From positions 372,001 through 436,000 of the forward strand of contig JAANOX010000243.1 of assembly GCA_020184695.1 (NCBI GenBank): DNA of 64,000 nucleotides, in the 5' to 3' direction. This document shows, in pieces, positions 10,580-21,527 of this stretch. A program made the translations under genes and the position numbers. The DNA is from Histomonas meleagridis 2922-C6/04-290x. Taxonomy: Eukaryota; Protista; Parabasalia. Under the pieces are notes generated by a model. That model had not been told where the DNA came from, did not search any database, and saw nothing but the letters and a program-made list of their open reading frames with translations. Within the stretch, counting starts at the first letter, position 1; every line of letters begins with the position of its first letter.

Positions 10580-12232
10580 ATATTAATGAAGCTATTATAA
10601 ATGAATCAGCACGAAATGGTAATTTATATCTTATTCGACATTTTCTCCTAGACAATCAAATTCCAAAATACATTTTAATTCATTCATCCGAATCAGGAAA
10701 TTTTGAACTTGTTCAATATATTCTTGAACACGAAAAAGTTGATATCAATATTAAAGACATTTGTTTGTTTGTTTTGATTCTTTATTTTGATCATTTGAAG
10801 TTTAAAAATCTTATTTGAAAATTATCTAAATTTTTTAATACAGCACTTCTAATTGCAACTCTTTATAGCCATACAGAAATCGTTAAATTGCTTATTAAGC
10901 AAAAATGCATTGATATTAATAAAAAAGATATTTGTTTTTTATATTTTATGCTTCGTTTTAATCATTTGAAGTTCAATAATTGCGTTTGGAAATTGATTAA
11001 TTAATTTTATACAGCACTCATGTATGCATCTAGAAGTGATAACACAGAAATCCTTAAATTACTTCTTGAACATGATGAAATTGATATTAATGTAAAAAGC
11101 ATTTATTTATTTTATTTAAAATTTATTTTAATAATTTTATGTTTCAAAATAAGATTTGGAAATCATTTAAAGTATTTGATACAGCACTTATTTTAGCATC
11201 TGAATATGACAAAACAGAAATTGTAAAATTACTTCTTGAACAAAAAGGAATTGATATTAATGCTAAAGATATTTATTTGTTTGATTTAATATTTATTTTA
11301 ATAATTTTGGATTTCAAAATAATATTTGGAAATTATTTCAAATATTTAAAACAGCACTTATGTTAGCATCTCAATTTGGAAAAGCAGAAATAATTAAATT
11401 ACTTCTAGAACAAGAAGTTATCGGTGTTAATACTAAAAATTGTATTTATTTTAAAAATTTGAAAATACAAAATATTATTTGGGAAATATTTATATTATTT
11501 AAATCAGCACTTATAATTGCATCTGATAAAGGTTACACAGAAAAAGTAAAATTACTTCTAGAAAAAGAATAAATTGAAACAAATGTTATTGATATATATT
11601 AGTTTTAATTAAAGTATATAATTTAATTAAATTAAATATTTCAAAATAGTATTTGGTAATTATATAAATTATTTGAAACTGCACTAATAAAAGCGTCTGG
11701 CCATGGTTATGTTGAAATCATTAAATTATTACTTAACAATGAAAAAATTGATATAAATTTTAAAGATATTTATTTGACTTAATTAGAATAATTTTTAACA
11801 ATATGAAACTTTAACATAATATTTGGAATTCTAAAAAAAATTTAGAACAGCACTTATTCACGCATCTTTAAATGGTCATGCACAAGTAATACAATTATTT
11901 CTTGAACAAAAAGGTATTGATATTAATACTAAAGATTTTTGTATATTGCATATAAAATTTATATAAATAATTTTATATTTCAAATAAGTATATGGAAATT
12001 ATTTAAATTATTTCAAACAGCATTAATTTTGGCATCTAAAAATGGTTATATAGAAATAGTTAAATTACTTCTTAAACAAGAAGAAATTGATATTAATGGA
12101 AAAAATTTTTGTTTCTATGTTTTAAAATCTGATTAAAACATTTCAAAATAATATTCGGAAATTATTTCAATTTTTTATGACAGCACTTATATTAGCATCT
12201 TATTATGGTCACAAGGAAATAGTTAAATTACT
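10580..12232 (+). pseudogene. 5'-truncated DUF3447-type ankyrin gene: end of the N-terminal domain plus 9 interrupted ankyrin modules
   Basis: INESARNGNLYLI...ESGNFELVQYILEHEKVDINIKDI, then module starts at 10840, 11011, 11181, 11351, 11504, 11678, 11847, 12017 and 12180. Confidence 0.8.
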
Positions 12233-12574
12233 ATGACAAACCCAGATATTCCCAAATATGAACGAGTTGACCCATGTAATTCTCGAGAGCTTGCTAGAGT
12301 ATGGGGTGCTGCGTGGGCTGGTGGAGAAAATCTTAAGAATTATAAGATAAGTCCAATATATGGTGACTTAAATGGCTTACCACCCATTATACAATATGTA
12401 GGAACACGCGATTTGTTATATCCTGATTGTGTATTGTTTCATGAGAAACTCAATAAAAGCAATGTTGACTCGACGTTAATCACTGGAAATGGACTAAATC
12501 ATGTTTATCCAGTATATCCAATACCAGAAGCACGTGTGGCACTTGAACAGATTGCAAAGGATATTACAAATTAA
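12233..12574 (+). pseudogene. C-terminal fragment of an alpha/beta-hydrolase (Abhydrolase_3 esterase/lipase) fused to the ankyrin array
   Basis: SPIYGDLNGLPPIIQYVGTRDLLYPD (catalytic Asp region) and GLNHVYP (catalytic His). The GxSxG nucleophile half is missing. It begins abruptly mid-ankyrin module. Confidence 0.78.
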
Positions 12575-13358
12575 TGTATGACAATATTATTAAATATCAT
12601 GAATCTCTTCTTTTGTTCGAAAATAATATCTTGTTGTATTTGATTCCAGATATTTTGTTTATGTGATTTGCGTAAAGGAATTTTGTCAAAAAAATTTCAG
12701 TGAACGATATAGTATTTTTCATAATTATATGACGGTTTGATCTCAAAATAGAATTTTTGTTATGAATTATTGATTGTAATATCTGTGTGATGATGATGGC
12801 AGACAAATTGAATGATCCTTAATTTGTTAAGAAATAAAATCGTAGAATTTATTAACAAAGACGTGGTTTTTTATTTATTCCAAATAATTATATGAAATCT
12901 TGATTTTCTTGAAATTAATTTATTTATTAATTCAATGAGGAAATAAATGATATGAATATTTTCGTGATACCTCAATGATGTACTTATTTAACCTGATTAA
13001 TAATTATTATCAATAAAATAGTTTCTGTGTAAGTACATATAGAAATTATTTATTGTCCTTTATATAATGGAAAAGATATAATATATTTGGCATTGATTTT
13101 GATTATTTTTACTGCAAAAAGTAATTTAGCTATGACTGTGACCTTTTTCAGAAGTTATCAAATGTTCTGTCATTGATTATTATGAAAATTTTTAAATATC
13201 AAATTTTAAGAATTAATTTAAGTACTATTGTACTCCTGGGATACTTGTTTTGCGATCTATCTTTGTTTCTTTGTATTTAAATCTTAAAGGAATTAAAAAA
13301 AACATTCAACTTTGAAAAATGTATTTTTTAGTGCAAAAAGTATATAAATTTTGATAAA

Positions 13359-15176
13359 TTATAGCTTAGCATTTTTTTTTAATAAGGAGGTAAATGTAAT
13401 TAAATTAATTATGTCAGTATATTTCTTATTGGTTGCAATTGAGAGTGCTGTTTCAAATAATTTAAATAAACGCCAAATATTACTTTGAATTACTAAATTA
13501 TTATTATAAAGATTAAATAAATAAAATAAATACTTTTTACATCGATATCAATTCCTTTTTTATCAAGAAGGAATTTAACTATTTCTTTATAGTTAAGTGA
13601 AGATGCCCAAATAAGTGCAGTCCAAAATCATTTGAACAATTTCCAAATATTATTTTGAGATATAAAATTATATAAGTAAAAATAATATAAAACAAATAAA
13701 CATCTTTAACATTAATCTCAATCCCTTCTTGTTCAAGTAGTAATTTAACGATTTCTTTGCAACCTTTGATAGATGCCCATAAGTGCTGTTCGAAATAATT
13801 TATATAAGTTCCAAATATTATTTTGAGATACTAATATATTAAAACAATTATTAAAAACAACAAATAAAAATCTTTAAGATTAATATCAATTCCATTTTTT
13901 GAAAGAAGTAATTTAACTATTCCTAAGTGACCTCCTTGAGATGCAATTATAAGTGCTGTATAATATGTTTAAAATAATTTCCAAATATTACGTTGAAATA
14001 TCAAATGATTGAAAGATTTGTTCCTTTGAGTATTGATATCAATTCCTTTTTGTTCAAGAATATATTTCACAAGTTCAATGTTCCCTGATTCTGTTGATGA
14101 TACCAAAATATCGAATGGAAGTGAATTTTCTTTCTGAAAATGTTGAACAAGATATAAATTACCATTTCTTGCTGCTTCATTAATAATATTTTCATCAATT
14201 TTCATTCCTTTCCCTTGTAAATATGTAAAGATGTCATAATTCATATTCTTAACACATAAACATCCCAAATAATTAATATTACAGCTGTTTTCTTCTAAGT
14301 TATTTTCATAAATATATTCAAAAATCTCATTTTTATGTAATTTAATCGCTACTTCATATGAACCTTCAAATGATGAATGATATTGTTCACATAAATGAAT
14401 GATTTCAAGATTTCCACCTGCAACTGCATATTTACCTGTGCATTCGAGATCAGATCCATTCATAAGTAATTATTTAAAACATTGAATTGATCCAAAGAAT
14501 GCTGCATAATCAATTAATGTAACTTTCTTATGATTAATGAATGAATTTCGTTCATAAAGTGATTTTTGAATTCTTCGATTATAATCAAATCCTTCTTTTG
14601 ATAATATTTCTTGAAGTTTTTTTCTTTTTCATCTTTTCGTATTATTTTCTTTATTTTGTTTGGATTAATTCCTTCAGTAATTAATTCCTTATGAAGTTCC
14701 CATTTATTTTTTGATAATTCTGAATAATTTTCCATGATTTGTTTTAATGAATAATTGTTCTTTTGCTTGTTAATTTCTTCTTGACTCATATAATGAACAA
14801 AATATGGATTTACTTTATATATTAATGCGTTAGGTTTAAGAAAGTTTCGTTCAAACATCTTTGAAAGTGGATAATTATTTTCTTGACATTTTGAAAATAA
14901 AAGTTGATGTGAAAAAACATCAAATATTTTGGATTGAATTTGTTTAGTTTCTTCAAATAGTTCAATTTCATTTAGAAAACTTAAATAAATATCAAAATCT
15001 TTCATTGGATCAAAAAGAAAGAAATATTTAAATTGAATAATAATAACTTGATTAAATGAAAATGGTTATTTATAATCAAAAATAAATAGAATTGATTGTG
15101 CAGATTGAGAAACATTTTCTTTATTTAAATTAGATATTATTTGTTGGATTGATTTAATCATTTCCATTTTGTTCAT
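13359..15176 (-). pseudogene. DUF3447-type ankyrin gene with frameshift/stops and 4 interrupted ankyrin modules
   Basis: Homologous to 58004-59092 (WELHKELITEGINPNKI, TLIDYAAFFGS..CFK, KYAVAGGNLEIIHLCEQ). A-run frameshift near 14615-14625 and TAA near 14470. Module starts at 13959, 13789, 13621 and 13451; terminal TAA 13359-13361. Confidence 0.82.
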
Positions 15177-15550
15177 TTTTGGATTTTAATTTTTTATTGT
15201 TTACATAAAAGTGGCAAATGAACTTGAATTAAAATTTGACATAACAAACATAGTTAAAATATGAAAAATCAAATTATTAAAAGAATTGTTTTGTTTTGTT
15301 TTGATTTTTTTTTATTTATGAAAATGAAAATTAAAATTAATAATATATTTTTTATTCCAAAACATTTATCGTATTATGTATCATATCAATTTCACATTTA
15401 TATGAATTATTTTCGTTTCCTTCGATTATAATAGAATTTAATTCATTTCAATTAATTCATTGAATGATTTTCAAAATTTTATCGATATTCATATTAGTTT
15501 TAGTGTCATTATTAATTATTGATTGTAATATCGGTGTGATGATGTCAGAT

Positions 15551-15808
15551 CAAACCTCCGAATCCTCTCAATCGATTTTTAAAAAGTAAATTTAGAACGA
15601 TAGAAAGAGATTCCACTTTTTAAGAGAAATTATTATTCTGTCAATTTAATTTTCAATAAAAATATATATGACATATATTTTAAATGAAAATATAAAACGA
15701 ACAACGGTTTGGCAAAATACAGTCCGATTAAAAAACATTAAAAAAGTGATGTATGTCACAATAATTTATTGAATACTTTATGTATGTGTAAACTATTCTT
15801 TGATCAAA
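15551..15808 (+). mobile_element. Solo, slightly 5'-truncated left TIR of the element at 28298-30098
   Basis: CAAACCTCC..ATCCTCTCAATCGATTTTTAAA...GGTTTGGCAAAATACAGTCCGATTAAAAAACATTAAAAAAGTGATG...GTAAACTATTC is colinear with 28321-28580. Confidence 0.85.
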
Positions 15809-15829
15809 AGATTTCAAAATAAAAACTGT

Positions 15830-16090
15830 ATTATTTCAAATAACGTTATTTGAATAATATCTGTGTACATATTTTTTAATGCTACCATATACACTGTTTT
15901 ACATGTCCATAAGTAATTTCAAATGTTTATGTGAAATATCAAATTATTTATAAATACTTTAAATATAACAAAATAATATTTCTAATATTAATATCGATTT
16001 TTTCGCGTTCAAGAAGTAAGCTAACTTTTCCTGTATAATCATTTTCAGATGCCTCGATACGTGCTGTTTTGATAATAAGTCGAGTTTCTG
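15830..16090 (-). repeat. Interrupted-ankyrin fragment (one unit plus terminal module)
   Basis: TARIEASENDYTGKVSLLLEREKIDINIRNI, then the insert, then the terminal module TVYMVALKN. Confidence 0.7.
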
Positions 16091-17037
16091 TGAGAGATAA
16101 TATAAATAATGTAAAAAGTAATGTTAAGCCATATAAAGTAATTAAAGTCAAAGTTTAATATAATTATTTTGTTATTGGGCCAAAAAAATTATGCATCAAT
16201 CAACGTGAAAGTCATTGTTCATCTATATAATTGATATATCAATAGTTTGATATATATAATAGGAAAGAAATTATTATACTATTATAATTAGAATAACCAT
16301 TATTTGTATTATTTAAAAAAAAATGATTTGTAGGATAATTATATAATATTCAAAAAATCCAAATTTAACAAAGGAAAGAAAATCTGATTTAAAGGTGGAG
16401 TCCACTAAATTGAATAGAAAACGATCATTCGATAAATTCATAAACGGTCTCTTGTTTTTTATCAAGAAATACCGGTGTTTGAATGTAATACGTACGATTA
16501 AAAATAAATAATATCTCTACTCAATGATGTACTTATTATTTATCAAAATATTAAGACATTCGATAAAATATGACAGATAATTAAATTTCATATTAAAATT
16601 AGATGAAAAAATCGTTCTATCACATTTTTATACATTTTCCTTATATAAGGAATAGTATACATGGTCCTGAAAAAAAATTTAAGAAAATTAGGAAAAATGA
16701 TGAACAAATCATCATAAAAGCAAAAATCCTATTTTGAAATTAATATGCTAAATTCTATTTAATAATATGATAATATATTTTCTGAAATAAATATAGAATC
16801 CAAGTAAATAAGAGTCAATAAAACAAAAAAAGCATAATGCATTACTTAACGAACATCTTTCGTATTCAAAAATCAAAACCGATACAATTCAAATTTCCAT
16901 ATAAGCCATAGAAAATCATAATCATGCAAAACGTTATGTTACTTTACATTTATTGTAATAAATGAGAAATCTTTAATAAAAATGGTTTTTCCATTTTATA
17001 TAAAGAAGATTTTAGATAATTTTTTACACTCTAACAT

Positions 17038-17310
17038 TTACTTTAATTCTAATCTTATCAAATTCATTTCGAACTGATTCTTTATCATGTTACAGACATC
17101 ATCCAAACAAGCGATGTCACTTAAACTCGAATTCTTTCTCTCCAATTGCTGTCAGCATATTACATTGCAACAAATCCCTCATCAAGAAGTATGCGTCTGT
17201 GATTAATCCCATTGAAAACAGGATATACAGCACAGGATGAAACTCATTTGCAGCAGCGAACACACATACACAGTCTTGTAACTTATTCAACTCAAACAAC
17301 TTACATCCAT
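17038..17310 (-). pseudogene. GC-richer coding-like relic (3' end of an unidentified gene) abutting an ankyrin unit
   Basis: Reads LFELNKLQDCVCVFAAANEFHPVLYILFSMG... and, after a shift, SLSDIACLDDVCNMIKNQFEMNLIRLELK*. Composition contrasts with the flanks. No family recognised. Confidence 0.4.
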
Positions 17311-17312
17311 TG

Positions 17313-17500
17313 TGAACAAAAAGGAATTGATATTAATACTAAAGATATTTATTTGTTTTATTCAATATTTAATCTGATAATTTAGAAATTCAAAATAATA
17401 TTTGGAAATTATTTGAATAATTTAAAACAGCGCTTTTGAAAGCATCAGAAAAAAGTTATTCAGAAATAGTGAAATTACTTCATGAACAAACAGTTAATTA
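17313..17500 (+). repeat. Interrupted-ankyrin fragment (half module, insert, terminal module)
   Basis: EQKGIDINTKDI, insert, then TALLKASEKSYSEIVKLLHEQTVN*. Confidence 0.8.
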
Positions 17501-17815
17501 ATTTATTTATTTTAAATATTTAAAATAGTTAAAATATATCAATACAAAAATAGAAAAATCATTCAAATAAAAAAGAAACATATTTTTCTATTATTTTCGA
17601 AGAATAAATATCTCATAATAAAATAACCGCATATTTTTTTGAAACTTCTATGATACTCTGTTTTATTTTAACACATTTAGAATATAAGCCTAAACCCATC
17701 TTTTATAAATACAAAATCAAAAGCAATAATTTTATCACATTAAACTTTTTTTTTTTGTGATTTATTATTATTTCGTATCTTTTCTTTGCAAAATATATAA
17801 AAAAAAATCATTTGT

Positions 17816-19033
17816 TTAATCATCACTAGAGTATTCGACATCTGCCAAAAATTCGCGCGAGTTTCCTTTGCTTCTTGATCTCGATTTGTTTTGCTGTTTC
17901 GGTTCGTCGGGGAGTTCTTCCCATTGCTTTGGCCCACTCTTCTGTCCGATCATATCATTTTTGCTTAGGTCCGGCGGCCGTGGGATCAATCGCGATGAAG
18001 TTATTATCTTTTCGGGGTAATACACATGCGATGTTACGATTTTGTTACCAGACACAGGCAAGCCATAATACAAAAGGTCGCTAGTATCTTGGTTCATGTT
18101 CCTTATTTCGAACTTATATCCATTAAGAATAAGATATTCAATACCAGTATCTGTCCGATAGATGAAACAATTGGAATTACCATCATCATCAAAGAGGATG
18201 GAATAGTTCTCGTCTTTCTTTTGAAATTTAAGAGAATTCAACTTAAGTTCTGTACAAGGATCAATCGATTTACATCGGCGTTCAGGTAAAACAATGGTCT
18301 CAGGATCAAAGACTTGAACAACTTCTTCGGGTTGCTCATCATAATAATCATAATAATCATCGCTAGAGTTTTCTTCGTCATAAAGATTTTGTTGTATCGC
18401 TGGGGTGCCCCCGCTAACGGTCTTCGCATGAATCGCTTCGTATTTTTCTTGGAGCTCATCACGCCTTCTGTAGACTTCTTCATCATCGCGGTACTCACGT
18501 TTAAGAAAAGCGTCAAATTCATCAACTGGAAGTCTTTGACTTTGAGCTCGACGAAGAACATCATTTAATTTAATCTTAAGTGGATCAGTATGATGTTCTT
18601 TTGTACGACGCTTGCCTTCTTTCTTGGGTTTAGGTTCACGTGGTTTATGCTCTTTCTTTGGACGAGGTTCACGTTTCTTTTTTTCTGGTTTCGGTTTTGG
18701 TTCTCGCTTTTTCTTCTTCTTCTTAGGCATGTCATCTTCAATGAAATCTTCGTCGCTATCTGATTCCATGCGTTTTTCTTTGGCAAGTCTAATTCGTTCT
18801 TGTTTATTGAAGATTTTCTTGTTTTGTTCTGTCTCTTTAAGGATACGTTCTGTTCCTTCAACTGTTTCATCATCGTCTGGATAATCTGGATAATGGACAT
18901 GATAATTGTCACCATCTACACTAGTGACTACAGCTTCATAAATATCGTATTCGTTGGTACTAATTACGTAAACATATTCATCTACATGGAAAACTGGATT
19001 ATCAATTCTTTCGAAATTTGGGATATCATCCAT
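17816..19033 (-). CDS. Tudor-knot/chromo-barrel (MRG15/Eaf3-type N-terminal) domain protein with a basic low-complexity middle
   Basis: FHVDEYVYV..YDIYEAVVTSVDGDNYHVHYPDYPDDDETVEGTERILKETEQNKK matches the Tudor-knot pattern. 405-aa ORF. Confidence 0.75.
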   Translation of the reverse strand: MDDIPNFERIDNPVFHVDEYVYVISTNEYDIYEAVVTSVDGDNYHVHYPDYPDDDETVEGTERILKETEQNKKIFNKQERIRLAKEKRMESDSDEDFIEDDMPKKKKKKREPKPKPEKKKREPRPKKEHKPREPKPKKEGKRRTKEHHTDPLKIKLNDVLRRAQSQRLPVDEFDAFLKREYRDDEEVYRRRDELQEKYEAIHAKTVSGGTPAIQQNLYDEENSSDDYYDYYDEQPEEVVQVFDPETIVLPERRCKSIDPCTELKLNSLKFQKKDENYSILFDDDGNSNCFIYRTDTGIEYLILNGYKFEIRNMNQDTSDLLYYGLPVSGNKIVTSHVYYPEKIITSSRLIPRPPDLSKNDMIGQKSGPKQWEELPDEPKQQNKSRSRSKGNSREFLADVEYSSDD

Positions 19034-19303
19034 TGCTTAGCCTTAAAACTGTCACTTTTAATCACCATGAAAAAATGTCGTTTAGCATCCACTATTTTTG
19101 AATATATTTTTCTAGATCTAGAACTAAAATGGAATTGCAGCTTAAAGATAGTTTAAAGTAATATATCATAAACATTTCATTACTGTAATGATTTGTTTAA
19201 AAAAATTTATTAGCATTTTTTAAGAAATTGACTTATGTCAGATTGTTTGTCATTGAACAATATTAAAAAACAAAAAACAATTTTTAAAGAGAAAATACGA
19301 AAT

Positions 19304-19945
19304 TTATTTTTGGAAACTTAAAATAACTTGCCGAAGTGGTTCGAGCTCATTTTTAGGCATCAGACTATATTGATCAATGAAACAATAAAAATGTCTAAAA
19401 GCAGTGTTAAAGTGTGCTTCAATGTCAAGTCTTCTGACATCCTCTAGGTGATGATGATAAATATGTGCATAAACTCGGAACAGTCTTTTTGTGATCTGTT
19501 TTATTACATCTTTAAAGTTTTTCGGAAATGGCACTGTTGGGTCTGGAGGAAATACATTTTGGTCATCAAACAAATTTAATACCCATTCATAAAGAAGTTC
19601 AATATATTGTTTGGCTGGAAGTTTTGTTGGTGTCTTATAGTTTTTGCCATCAGCCCAAAGATATTGATATTTCTCTCCTGCCGACATTGTTGGACATGTT
19701 TCTTCATTACAATATTCTAAAACATTTTCAGTAACAACGCAAAGCTCATTGAAAAAATCAACAATGTTTGCTGCTAGCCAATCATTTAGTTCTGTATTTG
19801 GTGGTAACTTTAAACTTTCTGAAAAATCTCCTGCATTTAGTGTAGCTCTCTTGTGCTGAATTAGACATGCTTGACGGGCATTCTTAAGGTGGTGGTGTTT
19901 TTTAAATGTTCCGTTTCGGTTGAAGAGTTTCTTGAATCCGCTCAT
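19304..19945 (-). CDS. MOB1: MOB kinase activator (Mob1/phocein family)
   Basis: LKLPPNTELNDWLAANIVDFFN, CPTMSAGEKYQYLWADG, FPKNFKDVIKQITKRLFRVYAHIYHHH. Confidence 0.95.
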   Translation of the reverse strand: MSGFKKLFNRNGTFKKHHHLKNARQACLIQHKRATLNAGDFSESLKLPPNTELNDWLAANIVDFFNELCVVTENVLEYCNEETCPTMSAGEKYQYLWADGKNYKTPTKLPAKQYIELLYEWVLNLFDDQNVFPPDPTVPFPKNFKDVIKQITKRLFRVYAHIYHHHLEDVRRLDIEAHFNTAFRHFYCFIDQYSLMPKNELEPLRQVILSFQK

Positions 19946-20329
19946 GCTTCAACGAAAAAATTTAAGCTGAACTCCCTTGTTTGAATAGTTTATATTTATT
20001 GGTTCACTGTCCTTCAATCAAAAGATTCAAAACTTTGGCGGTAAAAACTATCCAAACTCCAAAATTCAACTTTCTTTATTCAAAATAAAACTCATATTTT
20101 TTCTTTTTTGAGAAATCTTGTTCTTTTCTTTGATGTTGATGGAGTTTTCATGCGAAAATAATAAAACTTTTCCTACCGTCCGACCATTTTTTCACAGAAT
20201 AAAACGCAATGATACTCTCAATTTTGAGAATATAGAAATTTGGCGCCGTCAAAAAAGAAATTTTATAAATAAACAAAAGTGAAAATAACGAACTAAAGGT
20301 AAAAGATTTACCCTTTAGCAAAAAAAAAA

Positions 20330-21205
20330 ATGGAATTTCCAGGAAAAATAAATCAAACATCATCAAGTGAGTCACCTGGGAGTAATTTGTCGAACAAACA
20401 AAATGGTTTTTCATTTTCAAGTATCAAAGACATCGATATAATCCCAAAAAATAACACAATTTCTCAACAAGAGCAAAAATTACCTGAAATGGACAATTCT
20501 CCTACACATAGTAATCGCAACATTCCTGAAATTTTTCTATCAATGTCTTTTGAAAAAATAATAAGTAATCAAAATGAACAACCTAAGGTCAAAAAGAAGA
20601 AAAGAAAAAGAAGAATTAAAAAGAAAGAAAATGTCGTGAATGGAAATCAATTTAAACCTGTAATTAAGACACATAAGAAAATTCATAGGAAAAATAAGTT
20701 CCCAAAAGATACAGTTAAACCTGTACCAGATGTTAAACAGTACAAAAGGCGAATTCTTAAACCCAAAAATTTACAACAAGAACAAGACGAAATAATTGAC
20801 AGAATTGCATTAAAACAAGAATTAGATTATCAAAAACGAATTGAGCAAGCACAGCAACTTAAGCTTCAGAGAATTAACGAAATGAAAACGAAACGTATCC
20901 AACATGATCACAAGATTTCTGCAAGAAAGAAGAAAATAGAAAATATTCAAAACCAAAAAATGAAAATAACAATGCAAAAATTTGATCAAGCAGAAGAAAG
21001 AAGGCAACAAATAAAAGATCAACAAATGGAAGAATTAAGAAAGAAAGCTGAGTTAAGGGAAAGGAGAAGGCAAAGAGCAATGGAATACAGAATGAAGTTA
21101 GTTTTGCAAAAAGAAAAAAAAGTTTTTAAAAATATGCAACATGAAATAATTCCAACCCAAGGAAGAACAACGCCAACTATAATCGTTCCAAGAATATTGA
21201 AATAA
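20330..21205 (+). CDS. Hypothetical basic coiled-coil protein
   Basis: 291-aa ORF with a K/R/E/Q-rich coiled-coil C-terminal half. No family recognised. Confidence 0.75.
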   Translation: MEFPGKINQTSSSESPGSNLSNKQNGFSFSSIKDIDIIPKNNTISQQEQKLPEMDNSPTHSNRNIPEIFLSMSFEKIISNQNEQPKVKKKKRKRRIKKKENVVNGNQFKPVIKTHKKIHRKNKFPKDTVKPVPDVKQYKRRILKPKNLQQEQDEIIDRIALKQELDYQKRIEQAQQLKLQRINEMKTKRIQHDHKISARKKKIENIQNQKMKITMQKFDQAEERRQQIKDQQMEELRKKAELRERRRQRAMEYRMKLVLQKEKKVFKNMQHEIIPTQGRTTPTIIVPRILK

Positions 21206-21527
21206 GGCGATGAACTTTGTGTAATGATACCAAAGTATATTTGGTACTCTTTGATATAAATTTAATTTGAAATTTTTCGAAATCAATTTTTTAAATTAAT
21301 TTGTCAAAATGTTCTGTAAATGATAAATTCAATTACATATTTTTTCCTTTTTGTTATTGATTTTGCCTCTTTAAAAAAAATTTTGGTGCAATTAACTTTT
21401 TTTATCATCTTACAAATTGTCCGCCTTGAAATTTGAATGGACATTCAGTTTTGAGACTGAAAAGCGCCAGTTCAAAAGAATTTTATAACAAAAATTGAAC
21501 AAATAAAACGGTTTTAAGGGAAAATTT

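Noticed and set aside
17875-19156. Numerous small overlapping or antisense ORFs in the track (here and e.g. 36632, 40285, 42803, 50043)
   Set aside because: They are shadows of real genes on other frames, with no motifs of their own.
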